Source of the DNA: Octopus bimaculoides
Lineage: Eukaryota
DNA length: 51,772 nt
Assembly (NCBI RefSeq): GCF_001194135.2
Contig: NC_068987.1
Location: 87,825,609 to 87,877,380 of the forward strand
Reading direction: 5' to 3'
Every line of letters starts with the position of its first letter. Position 1 is the first letter of the stretch. Of this stretch, positions 1 through 11,332 are shown in pieces. The position numbers were made by a program, and so were the translations under genes. The notes beneath the pieces are model-generated. The model was not told where the DNA came from. It made no database searches and saw only the letters and a program-made list of their open reading frames with translations.

Positions 1-1470
1 TCTATCTATCCTTTCAGGATCGATAAAGTAAGTCAACCATGGCAGATTTTGTATTCAGAATGTAAAGATGGACAAAATGCCGCCAATCCTTTTGCATTTT
101 GCCAGGTGTACTGATAATTCTGCCAGCACATTGTCTTTGAGTAAAAAATATTGAAAACCATGAAAGAGAATTTGGTTATTTTATAACATTTTCTTCCTTT
201 TACACTTTGAGTTTTTGTCTTTTCTTTTTTTTTCCGATTTCTATTTTCCTAGAATCCTATTTAGAGAAACCACTACACGTTCTAAATGGAGTAAAAGACA
301 AAACAAAAATTTCTTTTTAAATCTTTCATTGTGAAAACATTGCGTGGGAATAAAAGAGTTTGTCAGAGACTGATAATGGTGTTGATAATATCAAATCAAA
401 TGTCAGCCGATCCACAGAGCCAATGGCAGCTGTAGCAGCAATGGTATTTTAAAATCTCAATATCTGAAGACTGGAATTGGTAAAATATAATTTTCCTTTC
501 ATCATCATCATTTAATGTCCGCTTTCCATACTGGCATGGGTTGGACGGTTTGACTGAGGGCTGGCAAGCCAGAAGGCTGCACCAAGCTCCAGTCCAATCT
601 GGCAAAGTTTCTACAGCTGGATGCCATTCCTAATATCAACGACTCTGCTTTTTACGTGCCACTGGCATAAGGGCTAGTCAGGTGGCATTGGCATCGACCA
701 TGCTTGAATGGTGCTTTTTATGTGTCACCGGCACGGGTTCCAGTCAGGCGATACTGTCATTGGCCACGAGAATAACTACAAATTGATGCAAAAGTTTTTT
801 CTGTTATCTTGTCACTCTTTGATTTTAATCTTTTACTTGTTTCAATCATTGGAGAGTGGCAATGCTGGGGCACTGCCTTGAAGGGTTTAGTCAAACAAAT
901 TAACCTTGGTACTTCTTTTTGTATTTTTTTAAAGTCTGGTAGCTATTCTATCGGTCTTTTGTTGAACTACTAAGTTATGCAGATGTGGCACTCTGTCGAA
1001 TCGAGGATTCCAGTTGATACGATCAACGAAACATCCTGCTCGCGAAATTAACATGCAAGTGGCTGAGCACTCCACAGACATGTGTACCCTTAATGTAGTT
1101 CTCGGGGAGATTCAGCATGACACAGAGTGTGACAAGGCTAGCCCTTTGAAATACAGGTACAACAAAAACAGGAAGAAAGAGTGAGAAAAAGTTGTGGTGA
1201 AAGAGTACAGCAGGGTTTGCCACCATCCCCTGCCAGAGCCTCGTGGAGATTTAGGTGGTTTTGCTCAATAAATACTCACAATGCCTGGTCTGGGAAACTG
1301 TGATCCCATGACTGCGAGTCTGCTGCCCTGACCACTGAGCCATTGCGCCTCCACTATACTGATGTAATCATACATACAGCACAGGTGGCCATGTGGTTAA
1401 GGAGTTTGCTTCTGATCCACATGATTTTGGTTTCAGTCCCACTGCGTGGCACCTTGGGCAAGTGTCATCT

Positions 1471-1702
1471 TATTTCTTTATTGCCCACAAGGGGCTAAAC
1501 ATAGAGGGGACAAACAAGGACAGACAAAGGGATTAAGTCGATTACATCGACCCCAGTGTGTAACTAGTACTAAATTTATCGACCCCGAAAGGATGAAAGG
1601 CAAAGTCGACCTCGGCGGAATTTGAACTCAGAACGTAACGGCAGACGAAAAACCGCTAAGCATTTCGCCCGGCGTGCTAACATTTCTGCCAGCTTGCTAC
1701 CT
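1471..1702 (-). mobile_element. SINE family A (tRNA-like head ggcggtgagctggcagaa), nested in a family B SINE
   Basis: TSD caagtgtcatct at 1459-1470 and 1712-1723. More than 15 copies in the window, e.g. 5269-5412, 10003-10184, 10198-10380, 14393-14622, 30041-30240, 31385-31596, 34353-34563, 41378-41590. Confidence 0.85.
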
Positions 1703-1804
1703 TTCAAGTGTCAAGTGTCATCTACTATAGCTCTGTGCTGAACAAAACCTTGTGAGTGGATTTGGTAGAGAGAAACTGAAAGAAGCCTGCTGTATGTGTA
1801 TTAT

Positions 1805-2180
1805 AGGCACAAGAGTAACTTTGTGGTAAGAAGCTTGCTTCCCAACCACATAGTTCCAGGTTCAGTCCCACTGCATGGCACCTTGGGCAAGTGTCTTCTA
1901 CTATAGCCTCAGGATGGACCAAAGCCTCGTGAGTGGATTTGGTAGACGGAAACTGAAAGAAGCCTGTCATACCTATATGTATGTATTTGTATGTCTGTGT
2001 TTGTCCCCTACCATTGCTTGACAACCAATGGTGTGTTTACATCCCCATAACTTAGCGGTTTAGCAAAAGAGACTGATAAAATAAGTACTAAGCTAAGTCC
2101 TAGGTTTGATTAGTTCGACTAAAGGCAGTGCTCCAGCATGGCCACAGTCAAATGACTGAAACCAGTAAAAGAATAAAAGA
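1805..2180 (+). mobile_element. SINE family B (head gtggctgtgtggtaag, body ggcaccttgggcaagtgtc, tail acaagtaaaaga)
   Basis: Other copies at 17536-17920, 26615-26912, 34009-34350, 36588-36912, 42403-42790, 44188-44577, 44892-45238. Confidence 0.85.
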
Positions 2181-3138
2181 ACATGTGTATGTTTGTGTCT
2201 CTTTGTTTTGACATTGTATGGTTGTTGTAAATGTGTATGACTGTCATACAAGCAATGTCCAGTTTCCCATATTTTATGAGAACATGCTTGGCCTTGGAAA
2301 CAGATGAGAGTTAGAGATAGGAAGGGCATCCAGTTGTGAAAAATTTGTCTCAACAAATTCCATCTGACCTGTTCAAGCATGGAAAACTGGACATTAAAAT
2401 GATAATGAGAGAGAGAGAGAGTTTCCTCTCTATCAAATTCTGCTTCCAATGTATTTATTAATCAACACAGGGCTATTATACTGCAGAGGAAACATGCCTA
2501 AGGTACTGTGTACTGGTAAGCAGTGTCCAAAAGCCATCAAGACCACAGTACAGCAAAGCAAACTTTATAAGCCAACAGTCATCAAATCTTTACTGATAGT
2601 CTTGCGTGTAATATAAAGAATCGCTATTTAATTGTTAAACCTACAGTTTCAAATTTTCCCCCCTTTTTTTTTCTTTTGCCCGTCAAACTATATCCAACAC
2701 AGCTTATGACAGATTTTATTATGATATGTATAATAAAAAGAAAAAAGGAATTAAATTCTGTAAGGAGCTTTATGAATTGTGACAAGAACTATACTATACA
2801 ATAATTATAGATTCAGAAAGTATTTATAAACAATACACTAATTCTACAACAGTCATTATTATAACTGCTATCAATGTATCATTGTTAATGTATATACACC
2901 ATTGATAGGCAAGTTGCTGGAGTATTTGTTCTGAGGTAACATCTCTTATAGACCTGCTGTGTTTAAAAACAAATCATCATTTAACATCCATTTTCCATGC
3001 TAGCAAGAGATGGACAATTTAATAGGAGCTGGAGGGCTGCACCAGGTTCCAGTCTATTTTGGCTGGGTTTCTACAGCTGGATGCCCTTCCTAACACCATC
3101 CACTTCAGAGTGTACTGAGTGCTCTTTATGTGGTACCA

Positions 3139-3139
<1 letters not shown>

Positions 3140-3209
<70 letters not shown>
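3140..3209. repeat. (TA)n microsatellite (representative; many TA, CA, AAT and GAT tracts in the window)
   Basis: Directly visible; others include (AAT)n 28701-28759, 30241-30290, 30890-30938, 41326-41376 and (GAT)n 41880-41950. Confidence 0.98.
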
Positions 3210-3211
<2 letters not shown>

Positions 3212-3389
3212 ACGGGCTTCTTTCAGTTTCTGTCTACTAAATCTGCTCACAAGGTTTTGGTCGACCCGAGGCTATAGTAGATGGTGACTAGAATTTAAAT
3301 CAATTATAAGCAAGTGTAGGTGCAAATATGATTATAAAACACTTTTCATCTTTAAAAATGTAAATAATCTGCAAAATTATTATCACAAA

Positions 3390-3601
3390 AATACCCGAAT
3401 TATTCAAATAATTAAAAAAAAAAACTATGGAAATGTACTTGCATAGCAAGTGACCTGATCTGAGATTGTGTGCTGAAACAAAAGCAATTGCAGTGTGGAA
3501 GGTAAGCCATTTAAAAACACACAAAATCATTACATTCACTTCAACATAATTTGTCAAAATATTTTTGTTACTTTGAGACCGCAACCTGTACACTGACAAA
3601 A
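3390..3601 (+). repeat. Interspersed repeat (gtacttgcatagcaagtgacctgatctgagat family)
   Basis: Homologous copies at 16856-16961 and, inverted and partial, near 12385-12460. Confidence 0.7.
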
Positions 3602-3920
3602 GACTCAAGTTCTAGAACTTGTTGGGTTGGTTGCCTGATTGCCATGGCATATAAGTGACAGAAATCGCAACATTCCATTTCATGTTGCACCAGTCCACTC
3701 AGCCGGCAAAAGTGAGTTGTATCTGTAATTCAAAAGGGCCAGCCTTATCACACTCTGTGTTACACTGAATCTGCCTGAGAATTATATTAAGGGTACACAT
3801 GTCTGTGGAGTGCTCAGCCACTGACATGTTAATTTTGTGAGCAGGCTCTTTCCATGAATCGACCCACTGGACTCATCATCATTGTAACCGATGGAGTGCT
3901 ATTATGTGTGTTTGTGTGTC

Positions 3921-3950
<30 letters not shown>

Positions 3951-3951
<1 letters not shown>

Positions 3952-4080
3952 ATTCTTTCTGTTGAAGAGCGTAGCTCGAAACGTTAAAGACTTTCTGTAT
4001 TCCCGAGCGTCAAACTAATACACCCTTTTGTTGTTTACACCACCTGTCCTCGTCTGTTGTTGTTTTTTTTCGTACATTCT
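3951..4080 (+). mobile_element. Penelope-like element terminal fragment abutting (TA)n
   Basis: Near-identical to 9293-9422; carries a hammerhead motif; ends in a TA microsatellite. Family assignment rests on the hammerhead and end structure. Confidence 0.55.
3954..3990 (+). ncRNA. Minimal hammerhead-like motif (CUGUUGA core variant) in a Penelope-like end
   Basis: TCTTT-CTGTTGA-A-GAGC-GTA-GCTC-GAAA-CG-TT-AAAGA. Confidence 0.5.
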
Positions 4081-4100
4081 ATATATATATATATATATAT

Positions 4101-4890
4101 NNNNNNNNNNNNNNNNNNNNNNNNNNNNNNNNNNNNNNNNNNNNNNNNNNNNNNNNNNNNNNNNNNNNNNNNNNNNNNNNNNNNNNNNNNNNNNNNNNNN
4201 NNNNNNNNNNNNNNNNNNNNNNNNNNNNNNNNNNNNNNNNNNNNNNNNNNNNNNNNNNNNNNNNNNNNNNNNNNNNNNNNNNNNNNNNNNNNNNNNNNNN
4301 NNNNNNNNNNNNNNNNNNNNNNNNNNNNNNNNNNNNNNNNNNNNNNNNNNNNNNNNNNNNNNNNNNNNNNNNNNNNNNNNNNNNNNNNNNNNNNNNNNNN
4401 NNNNNNNNNNNNNNNNNNNNNNNNNNNNNNNNNNNNNNNNNNNNNNNNNNNNNNNNNNNNNNNNNNNNNNNNNNNNNNNNNNNNNNNNNNNNNNNNNNNN
4501 NNNNNNNNNNNNNNNNNNNNNNNNNNNNNNNNNNNNNNNNNNNNNNNNNNNNNNNNNNNNNNNNNNNNNNNNNNNNNNNNNNNNNNNNNNNNNNNNNNNN
4601 NNNNNNNNNNNNNNNNNNNNNNNNNNNNNNNNNNNNNNNNNNNNNNNNNNNNNNNNNNNNNNNNNNNNNNNNNNNNNNNNNNNNNNNNNNNNNNNNNNNN
4701 NNNNNNNNNNNNNNNNNNNNNNNNNNNNNNNNNNNNNNNNNNNNNNNNNNNNNNNNNNNNNNNNNNNNNNNNNNNNNNNNNNNNNNNNNNNNNNNNNNNN
4801 NNNNNNNNNNNNNNNNNNNNNNNNNNNNNNNNNNNNNNNNNNNNNNNNNNNNNNNNNNNNNNNNNNNNNNNNNNNNNNNNNNNNNNNNNN
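4101..4890. other. Assembly gap (N run); other gaps at 9434-9759, 18390-18399, 21251-21260, 26933-27433, 29410-30040, 43954-44084, 46866-47291
   Basis: N characters. Confidence 1.
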
Positions 4891-5102
4891 ATTGAATGAA
4901 AAAAAAAACAAAAAAACACCCAAAAGAATAAACAGACTAATCAGAGTGGAATGGACAGGAAAAAGGCTATACTCCATCTCAAACACAGCTGACAAGAATC
5001 CAAAATGCAAAACCAGAATCTACAGAAACTGATGATGGTCTGTGATAGCAGAGGTTATTGGTTCACAGTGAGGTAATTACTGGTATATTGTATTTCTATT
5101 TA

Positions 5103-5263
5103 CTTCATTGGACACTAAACTCTGCTTGCGAAGACCTGTTGCGGGCAAGTGAAATCGAAATCGAACCAAATTCGACGACTGGCACCCATGCCAACCCCTC
5201 CTTCATTGGACACTAAACTCTGCTTGCAAAGACCTGTTGGGGCAAGTGAAATCGAAATTAAAC
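5103..5263. repeat. 98-bp tandem repeat, about 1.6 copies
   Basis: cttcattggacactaaactctgcttgc...gggcaagtgaaatcgaaat at 5103 and 5201. Confidence 0.85.
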
Positions 5264-6727
5264 CATATGCAACTGGTACTTAATTTATCGACCCCCAAAA
5301 GGATGAAAGGCAAAGTCGACCTCGGCGAAATATGAACTCAGAGTGTAAGGACAGATGAAATACCGCTAAACATTTCAACCAGCGTGCTAACGCTTCTGCC
5401 AGGTTGCCACCTTATGAAATGAGAATGATTACCTTCTCAAAAGCTAACATTCCCAGAATATTTAGTATCCATTCCTAAAAGCTTGGTAAACTAAGACAAT
5501 GTAGAATAAAGTATTCAACCCAGAAATGCAACAAAATACTCAGGGTGGAATTGAACTCCCAATCTGTGAGTCATTAATCCAGTAATTTATCCACTTGACT
5601 ATTTTCTTGACCTAAATTCAATAATCTTAAATATTCAAATTTTACCTTTTGGAAATAATTATTTTAACCTTATAAGGCATATTGTAAATAACTCTTGATA
5701 TTTCCAATGTACTTTTAAACAATACAATTGAAAGCTCAGGTAACCTCTTAGGAGTCTTTATATTTCAATAACAATAAACTGTCTGGCAGTTATAGAATTA
5801 TTGACATTTAAACGATACTTGTGTGTGTGTTAGTGAACGTGCATGGTTTAGTGGTTAGGGCATTTGGTTCATGGTCGCAAGACTGTGAGTTCAATTCCTG
5901 GTAGCACATTGTATCCTTGAGCAAGACACTTCATTTCATGTTGCTGCAGTCCACTCAGCCGACAAAGGTGAGTTGTACCTGTAATTCAAAAGGGCCAGCC
6001 TTGTCACACTGTGTTACATTGAATTTCCCTGAGAATTATGTTAAGGGTACACATGTCAGTAGAGTGCTCAGCCACTCACATGTTAATGGGCCCACTGAAC
6101 CCCTTGTCATTGTAACCAGTGGAGTGCTGTTATGTATGTTTGTGTGTCTGTGCATGTGTGAGACCAAATGAGTCAAGTACATCAAAATCAAAAGGAAATT
6201 GTAGTTGTGATCCCTGTGCCCGTAGCACGTAAAAAGCAACATCTGAATGTGGAGGATGCCAGTACCACCTTGACTGGCTTCCGTGCCAGTGGCACGTAAA
6301 AAGCACCATCCAATCGTGGCCAATGCCAGCCTCCTCTAGCCCCTGTGCTGATGGTATGTAAAAGCACCCACCGCACTCTTGGAGTGGTTGGCATTAGGAA
6401 GGGCATCCAGCTGTAGAAAAGACTGCCAGATCAGACTGGAGCCTGGTGCAGCCTCCTGGCTTTCCAGACCCCAGTCAAACCGTCCAACCCATGCCAGCAT
6501 GGAAAACGGACGTTAAACGATGATGATGATGATATATATGGAAAGGGAAATGAGGAAAACTTCTAGCAATGTGCAGAGTCAAAGAAATACATTTCTGAAG
6601 ATGGGTCTTTGCACCTCAACATACAAAGGCTTTTCAACTTCTACCTCTGCTTTATTAGAAGCTTTACTCATTTCATTTATTATTTTACTTCAATATTACA
6701 ATGTTTCAAGCAAACTACAATGTTCTT

Positions 6728-6782
<55 letters not shown>

Positions 6783-6944
6783 ACAACCATATTTAATTTG
6801 TTTGTGTACACTTTGATTTGGAAAGACCTTTCACTGCAGAAATAATCCGAAGAAAAAACTACCCCCCCACTTCTCCCAACAATATATGTAAAAGTAAAAT
6901 ATATTGGGCTACAAATGACAACATAGGATACATGCACCTTGGCA

Positions 6945-6983
6945 TCAAGGTACCTCATCAGCTATAAATACATTCTTATAGGG
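6945..6983 (-). CDS. DCDC1: Candidate terminal coding exon PYKNVFIADEVP* (or PYKNVFIADE if gtacct is used as a donor)
   Basis: Strong acceptor cttttcttctttttccttccttcacag after an 83-nt intron. Only phase 0, the phase required, reads past a few codons. No transcript evidence. Confidence 0.45.
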   Translation of the reverse strand, partial: PYKNVFIADEVP

Positions 6984-7066
6984 CTGTGAAGGAAGGAAAA
7001 AGAAGAAAAGCTTCTATACAACAGTCAGAGAAAGAAATGAGTAATTTAGATGAATAAATTAATTAC

Positions 7067-7203
7067 TTTTAATTGGTGAACTTTATCTTGATGATGTTTT
7101 TCTTGATCTGTCGTATCAGTCCAATGTCCTGTAATTACAACAGGGTTAGTTTCATCTTGTGTTGCTTCATATTTACCTGGATAAAGTTCCTCTAAACGTC
7201 TAC
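7067..7203 (-). CDS. DCDC1: DCDC1 exon: GRRLEELYPGKYEATQDETNPVVITGHWTDTTDQEKHHQDKVHQLK
   Basis: Acceptor ttatttttag, donor gtaatt, 137 nt, phase 1 to 0. Confidence 0.88.
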
Positions 7204-7384
7204 CTAAAAATAAATAAGAAAGAAAAATCTTCACAATAATAATCAACAATAGCAATTAGTAAAAATATATGGAACATGTTAATTTCCATTATATTTTAAA
7301 TATGTTTTTATCTATTAATTGCTAGTAGGGACACTCGTTCATTTGACAGCCATAATACACAAACAAGTACATTAAAGGTTTATT

Positions 7385-7995
7385 AGCCAGGTTGGTATCA
7401 AAAGGGTTAAATTAATCATTTGTTAACCCTTTTGTCATGATTCTTCTGTTGAGATGCTCTGTGTTTCTTTCAATTAATTTTAAATATAATAAAGAATTTA
7501 GTAAAATAACTTAGTTATCATTAAGCTAGTGTTGGGAACATAAATTGTGACTAAGTTTGGTGGAAGATTTTAATTTAAAACTTATGGAAACAAGACATTT
7601 GTACTACAGAGCCAGATGCAGTTTCAGCCAGTTTGGTATCAACACTAGCTTAATGATAATGAAGTTATTTTACTAAATTCTTTGTTATATTTTAAATTAA
7701 TTGAAAGAAACACAGAGCATCTCAACATAAATATGGTGACAAAAGGGTTAAGAAATGATTAATTTAACCCTTTTAATACCAACCTGGCTGAAACCGCCTC
7801 TGGCTCTGTAGAACAAATGTCTTGTTTTCATAAGTTCTGAATTAAAATCTCCCACTCTAAACCTTAGTCACAATTTATGTTGCTAACACTAGCTTAATGA
7901 TAATGAAGTCATTTTACTAAATTCTTTGTTGTATTTAAAATTAATTGAAAGAAACACAGAGCATCTCAACAGAAGTATGGTGACAAAAGGGTTAA
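7385..7995. mobile_element. Cluster of TTAA-flanked piggyBac-like MITE copies arranged as an inverted array
   Basis: About 230-bp unit TTAACCCTTT...AAAGGGTTAA: plus copy 7423-7640, minus partial 7642-7751, minus full 7764-7995. Confidence 0.8.
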
Positions 7996-9006
7996 CAGGT
8001 TGGATGTGGTGCTGATGAAGGATCAACAACTCTTGAAATATGGATATACACATACTACCTATTTTCCTGTCCTCAATCACACTGTTTTTCTAGAGGAAAT
8101 GTAACTTTCATTGTTAGCTCTTAATTCAATAGAAAATCAGTTGAGATAACTTAAAAGTGATATTTTAATCTTTATTTCAGTTAATCTCTGGTAGACTTTA
8201 GATGATAGGATTTCTAAACATAAAAATAATTGCAACGATTTGTAGACTAGGCACAGACATAGCCGTGTGGTTAAGAAGCTCATTTTGCAATCATATGGTG
8301 TCAGGTTCAGTTCCACTGTGTAGCACCTTGGACAAGTGTCTTCTGCTATACTATAGCCCTGAGGTGTGAGTGAATTTGGTGGTCAGAAACTGTCTGGACG
8401 ACCACCGTGTATGCATGTGTGTGTGCAAGCATGCGCATTTGCGTTCCTCCTACCCACTGGTTTTGGATTGTTTACATGATTGTGACTTAGTAGTTCAGCA
8501 AAAAGGACCATTAGAATACGTACCAGACTTTTTAAAAATAAGGTGAAGTACTGAAGGAGGGTTGATTTGTTCAATTGAACCTGTCAAGGTGGTGCCCCAG
8601 CATGGCCACACGCCAATGAGTGAAATATATAAATGGTAAAAAGATAGTGATGGCATGGGCTCGTATGAACTGGTTTGGAAATTTAAACAAGAGATGTTGT
8701 TGTTTTGGCACCTGAAAACCATTTCAGCAACATGAAGAAATCCAAGAGAATTGGACACTTGAAGCTTTCCAAGGAAACCACATAAAGAAAACGAAAAAAC
8801 TAAATATGAGAATGGAAATGTTTGCGAAAGAGATGTAACTAGATAGACATAGATAGATAGATAGACAAACAGACAGGTGGATATAGACAGAGGGATAGAT
8901 ATAGAGACAGAGAGATATGTGGAGTGAGAGACAGATATAGATAGATAGGTAGATAGAGAGAGGGATAGGGTGAGAGAGAGAGAAAGGGAAAGAGTGAGGA
9001 TCTTGC

Positions 9007-9108
9007 CTTTGAGTTGCCGTAATATATGCTTGTGTGTATCAAGTTCCATTGCAATGTTTGCTTGGATCTTCCTCTTCTTACGTCGGTTTTCCTCTTTTGA
9101 TTCAACAA
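9007..9108 (-). CDS. DCDC1: DCDC1 exon: VVESKEENRRKKRKIQANIAMELDTHKHILRQLK
   Basis: Acceptor ctcgttttcccag, non-canonical donor AAG|gcaaga, 102 nt, phase 1 to 1; joins the next exon to give RQLKGRRL. Confidence 0.82.
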
Positions 9109-9174
9109 CTGGGAAAACGAGAAAATATTGAAGTTATCATCTGAAGCAGATGTGTCTGTGTTTATATATATAGT

Positions 9175-9238
9175 CATTGTTATGATTGGCCATTATTATG
9201 ATCGGCCATTGTTATGATCGGCCATTATTATGATTGAC
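9175..9238. repeat. 16-bp minisatellite, 4 copies
   Basis: catt(g/a)ttatgat(t/c)g(g/a)c. Confidence 0.9.
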
Positions 9239-9433
9239 CGTTGACTGAACACTATTCAATTCTTTTTCTCCGTGTTTTTCTCCTTGTCTCCGTATTCTTT
9301 CTGTTGAAGAGCGTAGCTCGAAACGTCAAAGACTTTCCGTATTCCCGAGCGTCATACTAATATATACTTTTGTTATTTACACCACCTGTCCTCGTCTGTT
9401 GTTATTATTTGTATATTCTCCCATATATATATA
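9239..9433 (+). mobile_element. Penelope-like element terminal fragment abutting (TA)n
   Basis: Second copy of the 3951-4080 family, extending further 5'. Confidence 0.55.
9296..9332 (+). ncRNA. Minimal hammerhead-like motif (CUGUUGA core variant) in a Penelope-like end
   Basis: TCTTT-CTGTTGA-A-GAGC-GTA-GCTC-GAAA-CG-TC-AAAGA; GTC cleavage triplet. Confidence 0.55.
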
Positions 9434-9898
9434 NNNNNNNNNNNNNNNNNNNNNNNNNNNNNNNNNNNNNNNNNNNNNNNNNNNNNNNNNNNNNNNNNNN
9501 NNNNNNNNNNNNNNNNNNNNNNNNNNNNNNNNNNNNNNNNNNNNNNNNNNNNNNNNNNNNNNNNNNNNNNNNNNNNNNNNNNNNNNNNNNNNNNNNNNNN
9601 NNNNNNNNNNNNNNNNNNNNNNNNNNNNNNNNNNNNNNNNNNNNNNNNNNNNNNNNNNNNNNNNNNNNNNNNNNNNNNNNNNNNNNNNNNNNNNNNNNNN
9701 NNNNNNNNNNNNNNNNNNNNNNNNNNNNNNNNNNNNNNNNNNNNNNNNNNNNNNNNNNNATATATATATATATATATGAAGGGCATCCAGCTGTAGAAAC
9801 TCTGCCAAATTAGATTGGAGCCTGGTGTTGCCATCCGGTTTCACCAGTCCTCAGTCAAATCGTCCAACCCATGCTAGCATGGAAAGCGGACGTTAAAC

Positions 9899-9931
<33 letters not shown>

Positions 9932-11188
9932 ATCATTTGTAGAAATACATAAATCTGGAGTTGAAACACACTCTAAGTGTGCAGTTAATATTATAGTGGG
10001 ACAAGGTGGTGAGCTGGCAGAAATGTTAGCAAGCCGGGCGAAATGCTTAGAAGTATTTCATCCATCCTTATGTTCCGAGTTCAAATTCCACCGAGGTCGA
10101 CTTTGCCTTTCATCCTTTTGGGGGTTGATAAATTAAGTACCAGTTGTGTACTGAGGTCAATCTAATTGACTGGCCCCCTCCCACGAGATTGTCCAGTGTG
10201 GAGGGGGCCAGTTGATTAGATCGACCCCAGTATGCAACTGGTGCTTAATTTATCAACCCCCCCAAAAGGATGAAAGGCAAAGTCGACCTCGGTAGAATTT
10301 GAACTCAGAACGTAATGACAGACGAAACACCGCTAAGCATTTTGCCCAGCATGCTAACCACTCTGCTAGCTCACAGCCTTGCCTTCAACAAATAACAACA
10401 ATAGCATGTTTGATGGCATAAAAGACAAACTCTGATGTCAGCAGTGAATATTCAGGAGAAAAAACGAGAAGCAGAGACAAAATTAGCAGATGGGAGATCC
10501 AGTTTCATATATAGGGCCCAGGGAAAATGTTTAAGCCATATTTTTGTGGAAAAAAAGTGAATCTTGTTTACCATTAAATGCAATAATTATAAATACCACC
10601 ATCAACATCATTATTTTATAGTGTCCCTTCATTATACACATGGATTGCATTGGGACTGTGTTTTTTTACTGCTGGATGCTTTTCCTGTCACTAACCCTTT
10701 TAGTCACCTCTTACAATATGCACAGATGCAGTGTATCCCATTCTAAATTTATGATACACACAGTTATTATGAATATTCATTTTCATCATTTAATGTCTGT
10801 TTTCCATGCTGGCATGGGTTGGATAGTTTGACAAGGTGCAGCAAACTGCAGGGCTGCATCGAACTCAGATGTCAGCTTTGGCATAGGTTCTATGGCGAGA
10901 TACCCTTCCCAATGCCAACCACTTTACTGTGTGGACTGGGTGCTTTTAAACGTGGCACCAACACTAGTGAGATCACCAAATAGGATAGGAAAAGGAAAAG
11001 GAAAAAGCCCTCTTGATTAAGTGGGGCATGTATTTGATAGGGGACAGGTGGTTTAGTGCCAGGTTTGAGGAGATTAAAGTAAAATAGAGTGACAAGCACA
11101 GGTGTCTCACTACAGGGAATATACTTGGCTACCTGTGTATCAATAATTAATAATCAGTAATTCTGAAATAAGTAATTGATTATTTCAC

Positions 11189-11332
11189 CTTCAGGAGAAA
11201 TGAACCTTCGATTACTTGATACCCAGACTTCAATTGGATAACGTAGAATACAACTCAAGGGAGGTAAATCAACAGTTTTCAGTAGGGTGTCTCTTGTCTT
11301 TGTCATCTCATCAGCATCTATTTGGTCTTCTT
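11189..11332 (-). CDS. DCDC1: DCDC1 exon: EEDQIDADEMTKTRDTLLKTVDLPPLSCILRYPIEVWVSSNRRFISPE, end of split DCX domain
   Basis: Acceptor ttttttgttacag, donor gtgaaa, 144 nt, phase 1 to 1. Confidence 0.88.

Noticed and set aside
300-480. Short open frames near the window start as further DCDC1 3' exons
   Set aside because: No DCX-like peptide in the frames examined, and stops occur early.
4015-5032. Long ORFs of 150-334 aa here and at 9370, 26888, 29343, 43804 and 46839
   Set aside because: They consist of X residues from N gaps plus microsatellite codons.
8640-8715. Possible extra exon after ttttcag
   Set aside because: No donor and no homology; RQLK-GRR continuity argues against an intervening exon.
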